Shown: positions 20,092 to 30,635 of the stretch, one piece after another | Layout: every line of letters begins with the position of its first letter | How positions within the stretch are numbered: the first letter of the stretch is position 1 | NCBI GenBank assembly: GCA_964577305.1 | Contig: CAZNYS010000004.1 | Coordinates: 8,661 to 72,660, forward strand | Direction of reading: 5' to 3' | DNA length: 64,000 nt | Source: an uncultured Rikenellaceae bacterium | GTDB lineage: Bacteria; Bacteroidota; Bacteroidia; Bacteroidales; VadinHA17 | Made by a program: the position numbers and the translations under genes | Notes under the pieces: generated by a model | Databases searched by the model: none | What the model was told of the DNA's origin: nothing | What the model saw: only the letters and a program-made list of their open reading frames with translations

Positions 20092-21990
20092 ATGAGTGAT
20101 CAGATTAAACATGAGTGTGGCATAGCAATGATAAAGTTGCTTAAGCCGCTGGAATATTTTATTGAGAAATATGGGAGATGGGATTATGGCCTGCAGAAGA
20201 TGTACCTGATGCTTGAGAAACAACATAACAGGGGTCAGGATGGTGCAGGAATTGCCGGTTTGAAGAAAGGAGTCAAACCCGGTGAAAAATATTTTTTCAG
20301 GCACAGGTCAAACGGAAGCAACCCTATAAGGGAAATATTTGACACCATCTATAATGACGTAAGGAAGCTGGGATTTGAGCAGCCTGATAAAATAGAATAT
20401 AACTCCCTGAGACAAAATCTTCCTTATGCCTCAGATATTTATGTCGGGCATGTCAGGTACGGAACCTATGGTCTCAACAATATTGAAAATGTTCACCCGG
20501 TGATGAGATTAAATAACTGGAGGTCCAGAAATCTCGTACTGGCAGGAAATTTTAACCTGACAAATGTAAACGATATCTTCGGATCACTGGTTGATATAGG
20601 CCAGCACCCAACCGATTTTTCTGATACGGTAACCATACTTGAGAATGTTGGACATTTCCTTGATGAGGAAGTGGAATCGCTATTCATGAAGTACCGTGCA
20701 AAAGGACTGGAAAAAAAGGAAATTTCTCCTTTGATAGAAAAAAATATTGAGGTGGCTGAAGTCCTGCGAAATGCCAGTAAAAGATGGGATGGTGGCTATG
20801 CCATGGCAGGCATGCTGGGACATGGGGATGTCTTTGTTGTCAGAGACCCCTGGGGGATACGTCCTGTATTTTATTATATTGATGATGAGGTGATTGTGGT
20901 GGCCTCGGAGCGACCGGTAATTCAAACATTATTTAACCTCAAAACTGACCAGGTTAAAGAACTGCAACCAGGCTATGCCCTTACTGCAAAATCCTCAGGA
21001 GAAGCTAAAATTGAAATGATACGCGAGCCGGAAATAGAGAAAAAGTGCTCTTTTGAACGTATCTATTTTTCCAGGGGAACAGATAAATCAATATACAGGG
21101 AGAGAAAGAAACTGGGAGAACAACTCACAGGAAGGGTGCTGGAGGTAATAGATTTTGATCTTGAAAATACAGTATTTTCTTATATACCGAATACGGCTGA
21201 AAGTGCTTTTTACGGGTTAATAAAAGGCTTGGAGGATTATCTTAGGGATCATAAGGTTAAACTTATCAGGGAAAAGGGTAACGAATTGTCAGATAAAGAA
21301 CTGGAAATAATACTTTCATCAAGGCCCCGCATTGAAAAACTGGCTGTGAAAGATGCAAAACTGAGAACATTTATTACTGAAGATAAATCACGCGACGACC
21401 TGGTTGGCCATGTCTATGATGTTACCTACGGGGTGATAAGAAGAGGAATTGACAGTATGGTGGTACTGGATGACTCAATAGTCAGGGGTACAACCCTTAA
21501 AAAAAGCATAGTTCGAATACTTGACAGGCTGGACCCTCGCAAAATTGTAATAGTCTCTTCATCACCCCAGATAAGATATCCTGATTGCTACGGTATTGAT
21601 ATGGCTAAAATGGGTGACTTTATTGCTTTCAGGGCGGCAATTGAGTTATTAAAAACCAAAGGTATGGAAGGTAAAATAGGTGAGGTATATGAAAAAGCTC
21701 TGAAAGAGAACCGTAAGCCCCTGAATGAAATAATAAATGTTGTAAAAGAAATATACGATCCTTTTTCCGCTGATGAAATATCGTCACAGATAGCACGTAT
21801 GCTTAAACTTCCCGTAATAAATGCTGATCTAGAAATAATATACCAGTCTATTGAGGGACTCCATGAAGCATGCCCCGGGCATCTTGGCGATTGGTACTTT
21901 ACAGGCAATTATCCCACACCCGGCGGCAATAAAGTAGTTAACCAGTCTTTTATTAATTACATAGAAAAAAAGGACACAAGGGCATATTAA
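20092..21990 (+). CDS. purF: Amidophosphoribosyltransferase (long Bacteroidota form)
   Basis: IKHECGIA N-terminal nucleophile Cys, HNRGQDGAG, RDPWGIRP, FERIYFSRG and VLDDSIVRGTT PRPP loop. Confidence 0.92.
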   Translation: MSDQIKHECGIAMIKLLKPLEYFIEKYGRWDYGLQKMYLMLEKQHNRGQDGAGIAGLKKGVKPGEKYFFRHRSNGSNPIREIFDTIYNDVRKLGFEQPDKIEYNSLRQNLPYASDIYVGHVRYGTYGLNNIENVHPVMRLNNWRSRNLVLAGNFNLTNVNDIFGSLVDIGQHPTDFSDTVTILENVGHFLDEEVESLFMKYRAKGLEKKEISPLIEKNIEVAEVLRNASKRWDGGYAMAGMLGHGDVFVVRDPWGIRPVFYYIDDEVIVVASERPVIQTLFNLKTDQVKELQPGYALTAKSSGEAKIEMIREPEIEKKCSFERIYFSRGTDKSIYRERKKLGEQLTGRVLEVIDFDLENTVFSYIPNTAESAFYGLIKGLEDYLRDHKVKLIREKGNELSDKELEIILSSRPRIEKLAVKDAKLRTFITEDKSRDDLVGHVYDVTYGVIRRGIDSMVVLDDSIVRGTTLKKSIVRILDRLDPRKIVIVSSSPQIRYPDCYGIDMAKMGDFIAFRAAIELLKTKGMEGKIGEVYEKALKENRKPLNEIINVVKEIYDPFSADEISSQIARMLKLPVINADLEIIYQSIEGLHEACPGHLGDWYFTGNYPTPGGNKVVNQSFINYIEKKDTRAY

Positions 21991-22931
21991 TTACTTATGT
22001 CATAATCTTCCCTGTAGGAGGCAAGATGACGGTTGATTTTCTCAACATACATGTCTTTAATGGTGATCATGATACCTGTTTCATTTACATTTCCAAAGCT
22101 TTCATTATGTATGGTTCCGAATGTACGCATTGTAGGAGACAGGTTCATATAAGCATTAATAAGCGGAGGTATAGTCTCTCCTATTTTCCTCACTTCCTGT
22201 GACAGCATCTTGTAGTCATCTTTATAGTTGTCAGCCGTAAAAATATTTTTCATAAGCTCCTCGTCAATATTCAGCGAAATATCTCTTTTTGGTACCACCA
22301 GGTTGTCGGGATCACTGAAATGCTTCTTCATGAAATATATTATCATGCTTCGGGCATGGATATGAAAATGAGGATACATGGTTACCTTGCCAAATAAATA
22401 CCTTACCGATGGATTCTCAATTACTATTGCTCCCAATCCATCCCATAGATTATCAAGTGCAAACAGGCTTTTTCTGCCCTTTGCCTTTGACTGGTAATCG
22501 GGCTGTACGAAAGATCTACCAAGCTCCATCAGGTTTGGGAGGAATTCTTTCGTGAATTTATCCGAAAAATTGAAGTATTCATAAGATGCCATATCTGAAG
22601 GATCAACTTTCTTCTTGCTGTTATCATGAATAAAAAACCTGTATCCTCCAATAATATCCTTGTTTTCAGGATCCCAGACAATCAACTGCTGATGAGGGGA
22701 TTCTTCAGAATAGTCGTATTCGTCCAGGTCAATTGCTTTTCCCGTTCCGCCACCAGCACCCCTGAACGTAAGTTCCCTGAGCCTACCTACCTCGTGCATA
22801 AGCTTAGGGGAATCATGGCTTGTAAAAACATATACCTCGTTATTTGCATTATTCGTCTTTCGCAAAAGCTTGTCTTCGGTCAGCTCCTTTTCAATCTCAT
22901 GCATTGGTATTCCATCTACAATTTTCTTCAT
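21987..22931 (-). CDS. GNAT N-acyltransferase (OlsB/GlsB-like, probable glycine-lipid N-acyltransferase)
   Basis: EVGRLRELTFR, DLDEYD, IIGGYR, ELGRSFV and PPLINAYM motifs. Confidence 0.75.
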   Translation of the reverse strand: MKKIVDGIPMHEIEKELTEDKLLRKTNNANNEVYVFTSHDSPKLMHEVGRLRELTFRGAGGGTGKAIDLDEYDYSEESPHQQLIVWDPENKDIIGGYRFFIHDNSKKKVDPSDMASYEYFNFSDKFTKEFLPNLMELGRSFVQPDYQSKAKGRKSLFALDNLWDGLGAIVIENPSVRYLFGKVTMYPHFHIHARSMIIYFMKKHFSDPDNLVVPKRDISLNIDEELMKNIFTADNYKDDYKMLSQEVRKIGETIPPLINAYMNLSPTMRTFGTIHNESFGNVNETGIMITIKDMYVEKINRHLASYREDYDISN

Positions 22932-23015
22932 ACTTTTCTGTTTTGACCAAATAAATCTTAGACTATTTAAATAAAACGGACGAAACCTTCAATTCAAAAA
23001 TAATAAAATTATTCA

Positions 23016-23855
23016 TTATTGAATCACTTCAGCCAGTTCATATGATTTACCTTGAATCCACTCCGCCCACTCAAGTGGTGTTTTAGACTTATCAAATCTT
23101 TCCCATGGTATGCGTTCACCAAAGACGATGTGGAGATCTTTGTCCTTCTGCTGAAACATTTCATCGGGTAAGTAGAGCATTTCAATATTTGATTTAATTC
23201 CAATTGCTTTCCTGAAATTCGATAGATTATAAAACCAGTTTGAATTTCTTCCTGAAAAATATACCGGGGCAATATCGCGTTTATGCTTTATCGCTTTGAC
23301 AAGAAAATTCTTCTGCCATTGAAGATCCTTTATTTTACCATGTTTCTTCCTTGAACATAAGCCGGCAGGGAAATATAGTATCTGGGAATCAGAAGCGTAT
23401 GCTTCCTCAATCTCTCTTGCAGATTCCCTTGCCTGGCTTCCGTGCTTGTTGATTGGCAGAAATATTCCCGACATGTTCCCGATATTCATCAGGATGTCGT
23501 TAACAGGAAATTTTATATCATCAAAATATTTCGATAATTCGGTCATAAAAACAAGCCCGTCAAGTCCCCCAAGTGGATGGTTCGAAACAAATACATAACG
23601 TCCCTCACCCGGTATATTGTGTTTATTATGGACCTCATAATTTATCCCAAGGTATACCAGGCCGGCTTTAACCAGTTCAATATTATTGAGGTCACCGTAT
23701 TTCGACATGAAATCATTGAGTTCATCCTCGTGGATTACCCTTTTCAGGTACCTGATAATAAAACCTGGTATTAATCTTGCAAGCCCCGGATTTTTGTCCA
23801 TGAATATATCTTTTATGTCTATCCTGGTCTCACCGGATACTTTATTCTCATCCAT
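23016..23855 (-). CDS. Glycerolipid-type O-acyltransferase (GlsA/OlsA-like)
   Basis: NHPLGGLDG (HX4D) and YFPAGLCSR motifs. TAAATTTG box at 23890-23897. Confidence 0.78.
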   Translation of the reverse strand: MDENKVSGETRIDIKDIFMDKNPGLARLIPGFIIRYLKRVIHEDELNDFMSKYGDLNNIELVKAGLVYLGINYEVHNKHNIPGEGRYVFVSNHPLGGLDGLVFMTELSKYFDDIKFPVNDILMNIGNMSGIFLPINKHGSQARESAREIEEAYASDSQILYFPAGLCSRKKHGKIKDLQWQKNFLVKAIKHKRDIAPVYFSGRNSNWFYNLSNFRKAIGIKSNIEMLYLPDEMFQQKDKDLHIVFGERIPWERFDKSKTPLEWAEWIQGKSYELAEVIQ

Positions 23856-24001
23856 TTAGTTACCCCCTGACTAATTATATTTGGCATTGCAAATTTAATC
23901 AAAAAACCTCAAATCAGGATATACGAAACTCACACTTAAACGCCTCAGGGCTTCAGTTACGGGCATAAACAATCACAGAAAAAATGTGAAAAGTTATTAA
24001 C

Positions 24002-24038
24002 AAAGTGTAAAAAAATGGAGTAAAGTGGGATAAAGTGG
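24002..24038 (+). promoter_or_regulatory. Probable MraZ operator: four 10-bp-phased AAAGTG(G/T) repeats
   Basis: AAAGTGT 24002, AAAATGG 24012, AAAGTGG 24022 and AAAGTGG 24032, just upstream of mraZ. Confidence 0.8.
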
Positions 24039-24077
24039 TGAATTTTTCTTAATTTTACCCTCAAACCTTTTTTTTAT

Positions 24078-24545
24078 ATGGCCACATTTATAGGTGATTA
24101 TAGTTGCAAGATTGATGCCAAGGGGAGGCTGATTTTCCCGTCTGCGTTCAAAAAGCAGATGCAATCAACTTCACTAGATCATTTTGTAATAAGGCGCGAC
24201 ATCTTTGAACAGTGCCTGGTTTTATATACTGCCGGTGACTGGGAAGAGCAAATGAATAAGATCCGCAGCAGTATAAACCCTTACAACAGGGAGCATAACA
24301 TGTTTTTACGTAATTTCTTTAAGGGAACGGCAGAGCTGATTCTTGACAGCAGTAATCGTTTGCTGATCCCGCGAAGGCTGCTTGAAATAGCGGGTATTAA
24401 AAAGGAAGTAATACTCGCAGGTCAGGATGGAAGGATAGAGGTATGGGCAAGTGAGAAATATGATAAAATAGATATGCCGGTGGATGATTTTGCTGACCTG
24501 GCTGAAAAACTTATGGGAGGTAAATTACCTGAAGAAGAATTATGA
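24078..24545 (+). CDS. mraZ: Division/cell-wall cluster transcriptional repressor MraZ
   Basis: IDAKGRL, LDSSNRLLIP and IEVW motifs; first gene of dcw. Confidence 0.95.
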   Translation: MATFIGDYSCKIDAKGRLIFPSAFKKQMQSTSLDHFVIRRDIFEQCLVLYTAGDWEEQMNKIRSSINPYNREHNMFLRNFFKGTAELILDSSNRLLIPRRLLEIAGIKKEVILAGQDGRIEVWASEKYDKIDMPVDDFADLAEKLMGGKLPEEEL

Positions 24546-25441
24546 TGATATACCATGTCCCTGCATTGCTGAATGAATGTATTAACGGGCTGAACATTCA
24601 GCCTGACGGGATTTATGTTGATGTAACATTCGGAGGTGGCGGTCATTCAAAGGAAATATTGAAGCATCTTGACAAAGGAAAGCTGATAGCTTTCGATCAG
24701 GATGAAAAGGCTGAAATAAATAAACCGGTTGATGACCGGTTTCTGTTTGTAAACCAGAATTTCCGTTTTCTAAGGAACAACCTCCTTTACCACGGTGTGA
24801 ATTCAATCAATGGTTTGCTGGCTGACCTGGGGGTTTCTTCCAGGCAGTTTGATGATCCGGAAAGAGGTTTCTCCTACAGGTTTGAATCAGGGCTTGATAT
24901 GCGGATGAACCAGGGAGCAGGAACAACAGCTGCTGATATTGTAAATAAATACCCGCGGGATGAGTTGAGGAGGATGCTGAGTGATTACGGGGAATTCAGA
25001 AATGCAGGTGATCTGGCATCAGCAATTGTATCATACAGGATAGGATCTCCTATTGCCACAACGGGCGATATGGTCGAGTCAGTCAGGGATTTCATACCAT
25101 CACGTGCAGAGAATAAATTTCTCTCACGGTTATTCCAGGCCCTGCGGATCGAGTTAAACAGGGAAACAGAATTTCTCAGGGAGATGTTATTGCAGGCAAC
25201 CGATATACTGGTTAAGGGTGGAAGAATAGCAGTGATAACATACCATTCGGTTGAAGACAGGCTGGTAAAGAATTTTTTCAGGAGCGGCAATTTTGAAGGT
25301 CGCCAGGGAAAGGATTTTTACGGTAATCCTGTAAGTCCTTTCATTCTTGTAAATAAAAAAGTGATAATCCCCTCTGCAGAAGAGATAAGCAGAAACAGAA
25401 GGGCAAGAAGTGCAAAGTTAAGGATAGCAGAAAAAAAATAG
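24542..25441 (+). CDS. rsmH: 16S rRNA m4C1402 methyltransferase
   Basis: HVPALL, DVTFGGGGHS, DLGVSS, LDMRM, YHSVEDR and RARSAKLR motifs. Confidence 0.96.
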   Translation: MMIYHVPALLNECINGLNIQPDGIYVDVTFGGGGHSKEILKHLDKGKLIAFDQDEKAEINKPVDDRFLFVNQNFRFLRNNLLYHGVNSINGLLADLGVSSRQFDDPERGFSYRFESGLDMRMNQGAGTTAADIVNKYPRDELRRMLSDYGEFRNAGDLASAIVSYRIGSPIATTGDMVESVRDFIPSRAENKFLSRLFQALRIELNRETEFLREMLLQATDILVKGGRIAVITYHSVEDRLVKNFFRSGNFEGRQGKDFYGNPVSPFILVNKKVIIPSAEEISRNRRARSAKLRIAEKK

Positions 25442-25443
25442 AC

Positions 25444-25806
25444 ATGGATAAAGGTAAAAAAACGGCAGGTACCGGCAGTCAGCCAGGAGGAGAAGGCTTT
25501 ATTAAAAGCCTGTTCAGTGGATCACTGTTCAGTGAAAAAATTATCCTTGGTAACCTGCCATTTTTTTTGCTGCTGACTGTTCTGGGGGCTTTGTATATAG
25601 CCAACAGGTTTCATGCAGAAAAAATAATCAGAAAAACCGACCTGTTGCAGGAGGAAGTAAAGGAGCTGCGGGCAGAGGCTATGGCTACTGCATCTGAATT
25701 GATGTATATAAGCAAGCAATCACAGGTAACCAGGCTGATAAATCAACGCGGACTTGAACTGAAAGAGTTGAAAAAGCCACCTTATAAAATTGTGGTAAAA
25801 GAATAA
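25444..25806 (+). CDS. ftsL: FtsL-like cell division protein
   Basis: Single TM plus coiled coil between rsmH and the PBP gene. Confidence 0.8.
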   Translation: MDKGKKTAGTGSQPGGEGFIKSLFSGSLFSEKIILGNLPFFLLLTVLGALYIANRFHAEKIIRKTDLLQEEVKELRAEAMATASELMYISKQSQVTRLINQRGLELKELKKPPYKIVVKE

Positions 25807-25808
25807 GC

Positions 25809-27911
25809 ATGGCACTTAGGGATGAAATAATATGGCGTAGCGGAGTAATGTATATTGCTATTATCATTATAGCCATGGGCATACTGGCACGCATTTTTAT
25901 TATCCAGTTCATGGAAGGAGATAAGTGGGTTGAGATGGGTGAAGAGTATGTCTACAAAACTGATGTTGTTCCGGCAAACAGGGGTGATATTTTATCTGAT
26001 GACGGCAGGTTACTGGCCAGCTCCATTCCATATTATTCAGTTTATTTTGACACCAGAAGCACAGGGATGGATCAGCAGACATGGACCCAGGGGCTGGATG
26101 GCCTTTGTGATGGTTTATCCAAAATAATAGGATTGAAGTCTGCTGATGCATGGAAACGCGACCTTACGAATGCCAGGAGAAACGGGGAAAGATATTACCT
26201 CATTAAAAGAAGGGTAAGCCATAATACCCTGAAAGAGTTGAAGCGACTACCTATATTCGAAAATGGAAGGTATAAAGGAGGCTTTATAGCGGAAACAGAG
26301 AATATGCGCAAACTTCCACACATGAGACTGGCCAGCCGGACTATAGGGTATCTGACAAAAGGTGCTACCGGTAATGTGGTAGGCCTGGAAGGAGCATATG
26401 ATGCCGAACTTACAGGCGTCAGCGGATCGGTATTAAAGCAACGCCTTACCGGCGGAGCATGGATGCCGGTAAATAATAAAAATTCATTGGAGCCCAGGGA
26501 TGGTAATGATATCCTTACCACTATAAACATTGACCTGCAGGATGTGGCTGAAACTGCCCTGGAGAAACAAATCGTAAAGCAAAATGCCCATCATGGTGTT
26601 GTAGTACTGATGGAAACAAAAACAGGGGACATTAAAGCCATGGTAAATCTCGAGTTAGGGGAAGATGGGAATTATTATGAATCATATAATTATGCCGTTG
26701 GTGAAAGTACTGAACCGGGATCTACCTTTAAGCTGGCTTCATTTATTGCAGCCCTTGAAGATGGGGTCATAAATCTCAATGATACAATAGATACAGGTGC
26801 CGGGCAGGTCAGGTATTATGATAAAACAATAAGGGATACCAGGCGTGGAGGTTATGGAAAATTAAGCGTTAAAGAAATATTTGAAAAATCCTCAAATGTT
26901 GGAACAGCAAAGATAATTTACGAAAACTACAAAGGACGCCCCGGTGATTATGTCGACAGGTTATACCGTATGGGCCTGAATGAAAAACTTGGTATTGATA
27001 TTAAAGGAGAAGGCACCCCACTTATAAGATACCCGGGGGATAAATACTGGTCAGGTATTTCACTGCCTATGATGTCGCATGGCTATGAAGTGCAGATGAC
27101 CCCTCTTCAATTACTTACTTTTTACAACGCCGTTGCCAATAGTGGACGAATGATGAAACCGCGTATAGTAAGGGAAATTCAATACCATGGCGAGACCATA
27201 AAAAAAATAAATCCTGAAGTGCTTAACCCGGCTATATGCTCTCACTCAACCATTGAGAAAGCACGAATATTACTGGAAGGGGTTGTAGAGAATGGCACGG
27301 CAAAAAACCTGGATAATGACACTTACAGGATTGCAGGCAAAACAGGAACGGCACAGATTGCCAATGATAAGTATGGTTACAAGCATGGTGGTAATATATC
27401 TTACCAGGCTTCATTTGTAGGTTACTTTCCTGCAGACAACCCTGTCTATTCCTGTATTGTGGTAGTTAATGCTCCCTCAAACTCAGTTTATTACGGAAAC
27501 CTGGTAGCAGGCCCGGTATTTAAGGAAATAGCTGATAAAGTATATGCTACACGTTTTTTCGATACACCACAGGAGCCTGATCACAGCCTTCCAAAAGTGA
27601 AAAAAGGATATGCTGATGATACAGAATACCTGCTGGCTGACCTGGGAGTGATGCATAAGTATGGGGGAAAAGAGAAATGGATTGAATCATTTTCAGATGA
27701 AGACACTCTAAGACTGAAGAAGCTGGAGCTGATAGAAAACCTGGTTCCCAATGTGATAGGAATGGGACTCAAGGATGCCCTTTTCCTACTCGAGAACTCA
27801 GGACTGAAAGTGACGGTTCAGGGCAGGGGAAGAGTGGTAAGCCAGTCATTGCGCCCGGGTGTCAGAATAGTACGGGGCTCGAATATAAATATTGAACTGT
27901 TGAACAGATGA
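25809..27911 (+). CDS. ftsI: Class B penicillin-binding protein (FtsI) with PASTA domain
   Basis: EPGSTFK (SxxK), SSN and KTGTAQ motifs; C-terminal VPNVIGM PASTA. Confidence 0.93.
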   Translation: MALRDEIIWRSGVMYIAIIIIAMGILARIFIIQFMEGDKWVEMGEEYVYKTDVVPANRGDILSDDGRLLASSIPYYSVYFDTRSTGMDQQTWTQGLDGLCDGLSKIIGLKSADAWKRDLTNARRNGERYYLIKRRVSHNTLKELKRLPIFENGRYKGGFIAETENMRKLPHMRLASRTIGYLTKGATGNVVGLEGAYDAELTGVSGSVLKQRLTGGAWMPVNNKNSLEPRDGNDILTTINIDLQDVAETALEKQIVKQNAHHGVVVLMETKTGDIKAMVNLELGEDGNYYESYNYAVGESTEPGSTFKLASFIAALEDGVINLNDTIDTGAGQVRYYDKTIRDTRRGGYGKLSVKEIFEKSSNVGTAKIIYENYKGRPGDYVDRLYRMGLNEKLGIDIKGEGTPLIRYPGDKYWSGISLPMMSHGYEVQMTPLQLLTFYNAVANSGRMMKPRIVREIQYHGETIKKINPEVLNPAICSHSTIEKARILLEGVVENGTAKNLDNDTYRIAGKTGTAQIANDKYGYKHGGNISYQASFVGYFPADNPVYSCIVVVNAPSNSVYYGNLVAGPVFKEIADKVYATRFFDTPQEPDHSLPKVKKGYADDTEYLLADLGVMHKYGGKEKWIESFSDEDTLRLKKLELIENLVPNVIGMGLKDALFLLENSGLKVTVQGRGRVVSQSLRPGVRIVRGSNINIELLNR

Positions 27912-29368
27912 AGAAGCTGACGAACATATTAATTGGCATTGATTACCCGGTTGAGGTATCTGCAGCTGATATTTCTGTGGCTAATATTTGTTTTGATTCC
28001 AGGAAGACCATTAAAAATGACCTTTTCATTGCAGTCAGGGGTACTATAACTGACGGACATAACTATATAGATGAAGCTATCAGCCTTGGAGCCATAGCAG
28101 TAATATGTGAAGAGATTCCTGAGAATGCAAACCGCGGTATCTGCTGGATTAAGGTGGAGGATTCTGCTTATGCCCTTGCTGTCTGTGCTTCAAATTATTA
28201 TAACAATCCTTCTAATGAAATAAAACTGGTAGGTATTACAGGGACAAACGGAAAAACAACAACAGCAAGCCTTTTATACAGACTATTTACTGCCCTGGGA
28301 TATAAGGCTGGTTTATTATCGACAGTGACAAATTATATTGCCGGAACAGAGCTCGAGGCCACACTTACTACTCCCGATCCTGTGAGAATCAATATGCTTT
28401 TACGAGAAATGATTGATTCAGGCTGTGAGTTTGCATTTATGGAAGTCAGTTCTCATGCTGTTGCACAAAAGAGGGTAAAAGGCCTTTACTTCAGTATGGG
28501 CATATTTACGAATATTACCCATGATCATCTCGATTATCACGGCAATTTCGATAATTACCTGAAGGCCAAAAAAGCATTCTTTGATCAATTGCCTGCCGGT
28601 TCTATCGCCCTGGTCAATGCTGACGACCGTAACGGGAGTCTGATGTTACAGAATTGCAGGGCCGCCAAGTATGAATATTCATTGAAAACAATGGCTGATT
28701 ATACATGCAGGATCATTGAACACAGTATTGACGGTATGGGTCTTAAGTTCGGAAACCAGGAAATCTGGACATGTTTCATTGGTGAGTTCAATGCTTACAA
28801 CCTGCTTGCTGTTGTTTCAGCCGCAGAGTTACTTGGGCAGGACCGCCATGAAGTCCTTACAAATATCAGTAACCTTAAAGCTGTCCCTGGCAGGTTTGAA
28901 GTGATACGATCCGGTATGGGCACAACGGCAATAGTAGATTATGCACATACTCCTGATGCACTGGAGAATGTTTTAGCAGCTATTAATAAAATGAGACAGA
29001 CGGGAAGCAAGCTTATTACTGTGGTTGGTGCAGGAGGCGACCGCGACCGGGGCAAACGGCCCATAATGGCGAGGATCAGTGCTGAAAAAAGCGACAGGGT
29101 GATATTAACATCCGATAACCCTCGAACTGAAGATCCTGATAAAATAATTGATGATATGACTAAAGGAATACCGGCGGAGATGCAGGCTAAGGTCCTGAGG
29201 ATCACTGACAGACGCGAGGCAATACATGCTGCTTCAATGATAGCCGGTGAAAATGATATAATCCTTGTTGCAGGGAAAGGTCATGAAACATACCAGGAAG
29301 TAATGGGGCAACGCCATCATTTTGACGACAGGGAGGAATTAAGAAAAATATTTATGTCGGCAAACTAA
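27908..29368 (+). CDS. murE: UDP-MurNAc-dipeptide--meso-DAP ligase
   Basis: [24 protein letters not shown] and DNPR (DAP-specific) motifs. Confidence 0.95.
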   Translation: MKKLTNILIGIDYPVEVSAADISVANICFDSRKTIKNDLFIAVRGTITDGHNYIDEAISLGAIAVICEEIPENANRGICWIKVEDSAYALAVCASNYYNNPSNEIKLVGITGTNGKTTTASLLYRLFTALGYKAGLLSTVTNYIAGTELEATLTTPDPVRINMLLREMIDSGCEFAFMEVSSHAVAQKRVKGLYFSMGIFTNITHDHLDYHGNFDNYLKAKKAFFDQLPAGSIALVNADDRNGSLMLQNCRAAKYEYSLKTMADYTCRIIEHSIDGMGLKFGNQEIWTCFIGEFNAYNLLAVVSAAELLGQDRHEVLTNISNLKAVPGRFEVIRSGMGTTAIVDYAHTPDALENVLAAINKMRQTGSKLITVVGAGGDRDRGKRPIMARISAEKSDRVILTSDNPRTEDPDKIIDDMTKGIPAEMQAKVLRITDRREAIHAASMIAGENDIILVAGKGHETYQEVMGQRHHFDDREELRKIFMSAN

Positions 29369-29378
29369 AATATTAATA

Positions 29379-30635
29379 ATGTTATATTACCTTTTCAAAT
29401 ATCTTGAATCATTAAATATTCCCGGGGCAGGAGTTTTTGAATATATCTCTTTCCGGTCAGCTGCAGCAGTTATTACCTCACTGCTGATATCACTTCTCGT
29501 TGGCAAAAGGATTATCAATTATTTGCAACGCATGCAGGTTGGAGAAGTTGTGCGTAAACTTGGCCTTGAGGGGCAATATAAAAAAGAAGGGACGCCTTCA
29601 ATGGGAGGCCTGATAATACTTGCCTCGATAATTATACCCACACTTTTGTTTGCCAGGCTCGATAATATATATGTAATACTGATGCTCATTACTACTTTCT
29701 GGCTGGGACTTATAGGTTTTATTGACGATTATATAAAAATTTTCAAAAAGAATAAGAAAGGACTCGCCGGGAAGTTTAAAATAATAGGCCAGCTGGTACT
29801 GGGTTTGATTGTTGGTGTCACATTGTTATTTAGCGACCAGGCAGTAATACGGGAGATTGTGACAGCTGATGAATTGACTATCACTCAGACTTCAGAATAT
29901 CTTCAGGCAGCCAATATAGATCAACCCGACGAATATGTGACCAATGACGTGAAGTGTACCAAAACTACAATCCCTTTTGTGAAAAATAATGAATTTGACT
30001 ATTCATGGTTGGTACTATTCATTAAGAAAGAAAACAGGCAGAATGCAGGATGGGTCGTCTTCGTGATAGTTGCGACGATTATCGTAATAGGAGTATCGAA
30101 TGGCGCTAATCTTACTGACGGCCTCGATGGCCTGGCAACAGGTACATCTTCAGTCATAGGAGTAACGCTTGGTGTACTGGCTTATTTGTCGGGCAATATC
30201 ATATATGCTGATTACCTGAATATTATGTACATCCCGTACACAGGAGAGCTCGTGATATTTGCCAGTGCATTCATTGGAGCAACCGTAGGCTTCCTGTGGT
30301 ATAATTCCTACCCGGCACAAGTATTTATGGGCGACACGGGCAGTCTGGCACTGGGTGGTATAATTGCTGTTTTTGCCATAGTGATAAGGAAAGAGCTTCT
30401 TATTCCTATACTCTGCGGGATATTCCTGGTTGAAAGTCTTTCGGTAATGATACAGGTGAGCTGGTATAAAAGAACCCGGAAAAGAAGCGGGAAGGGTAAA
30501 CGTGTTTTCCTGATGGCACCATTGCATCACCATTACCAGATGAAAGGTTTTCCTGAACCTAAAATAGTTACAAGATTCTGGATAGTGGCCATAATGCTTG
30601 CGGTACTGAGTGTAGTAACATTAAAAATCAGGTAA
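29379..30635 (+). CDS. mraY: Phospho-MurNAc-pentapeptide transferase
   Basis: [29 protein letters not shown] and APLHHHY motifs. Confidence 0.96.
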   Translation: MLYYLFKYLESLNIPGAGVFEYISFRSAAAVITSLLISLLVGKRIINYLQRMQVGEVVRKLGLEGQYKKEGTPSMGGLIILASIIIPTLLFARLDNIYVILMLITTFWLGLIGFIDDYIKIFKKNKKGLAGKFKIIGQLVLGLIVGVTLLFSDQAVIREIVTADELTITQTSEYLQAANIDQPDEYVTNDVKCTKTTIPFVKNNEFDYSWLVLFIKKENRQNAGWVVFVIVATIIVIGVSNGANLTDGLDGLATGTSSVIGVTLGVLAYLSGNIIYADYLNIMYIPYTGELVIFASAFIGATVGFLWYNSYPAQVFMGDTGSLALGGIIAVFAIVIRKELLIPILCGIFLVESLSVMIQVSWYKRTRKRSGKGKRVFLMAPLHHHYQMKGFPEPKIVTRFWIVAIMLAVLSVVTLKIR

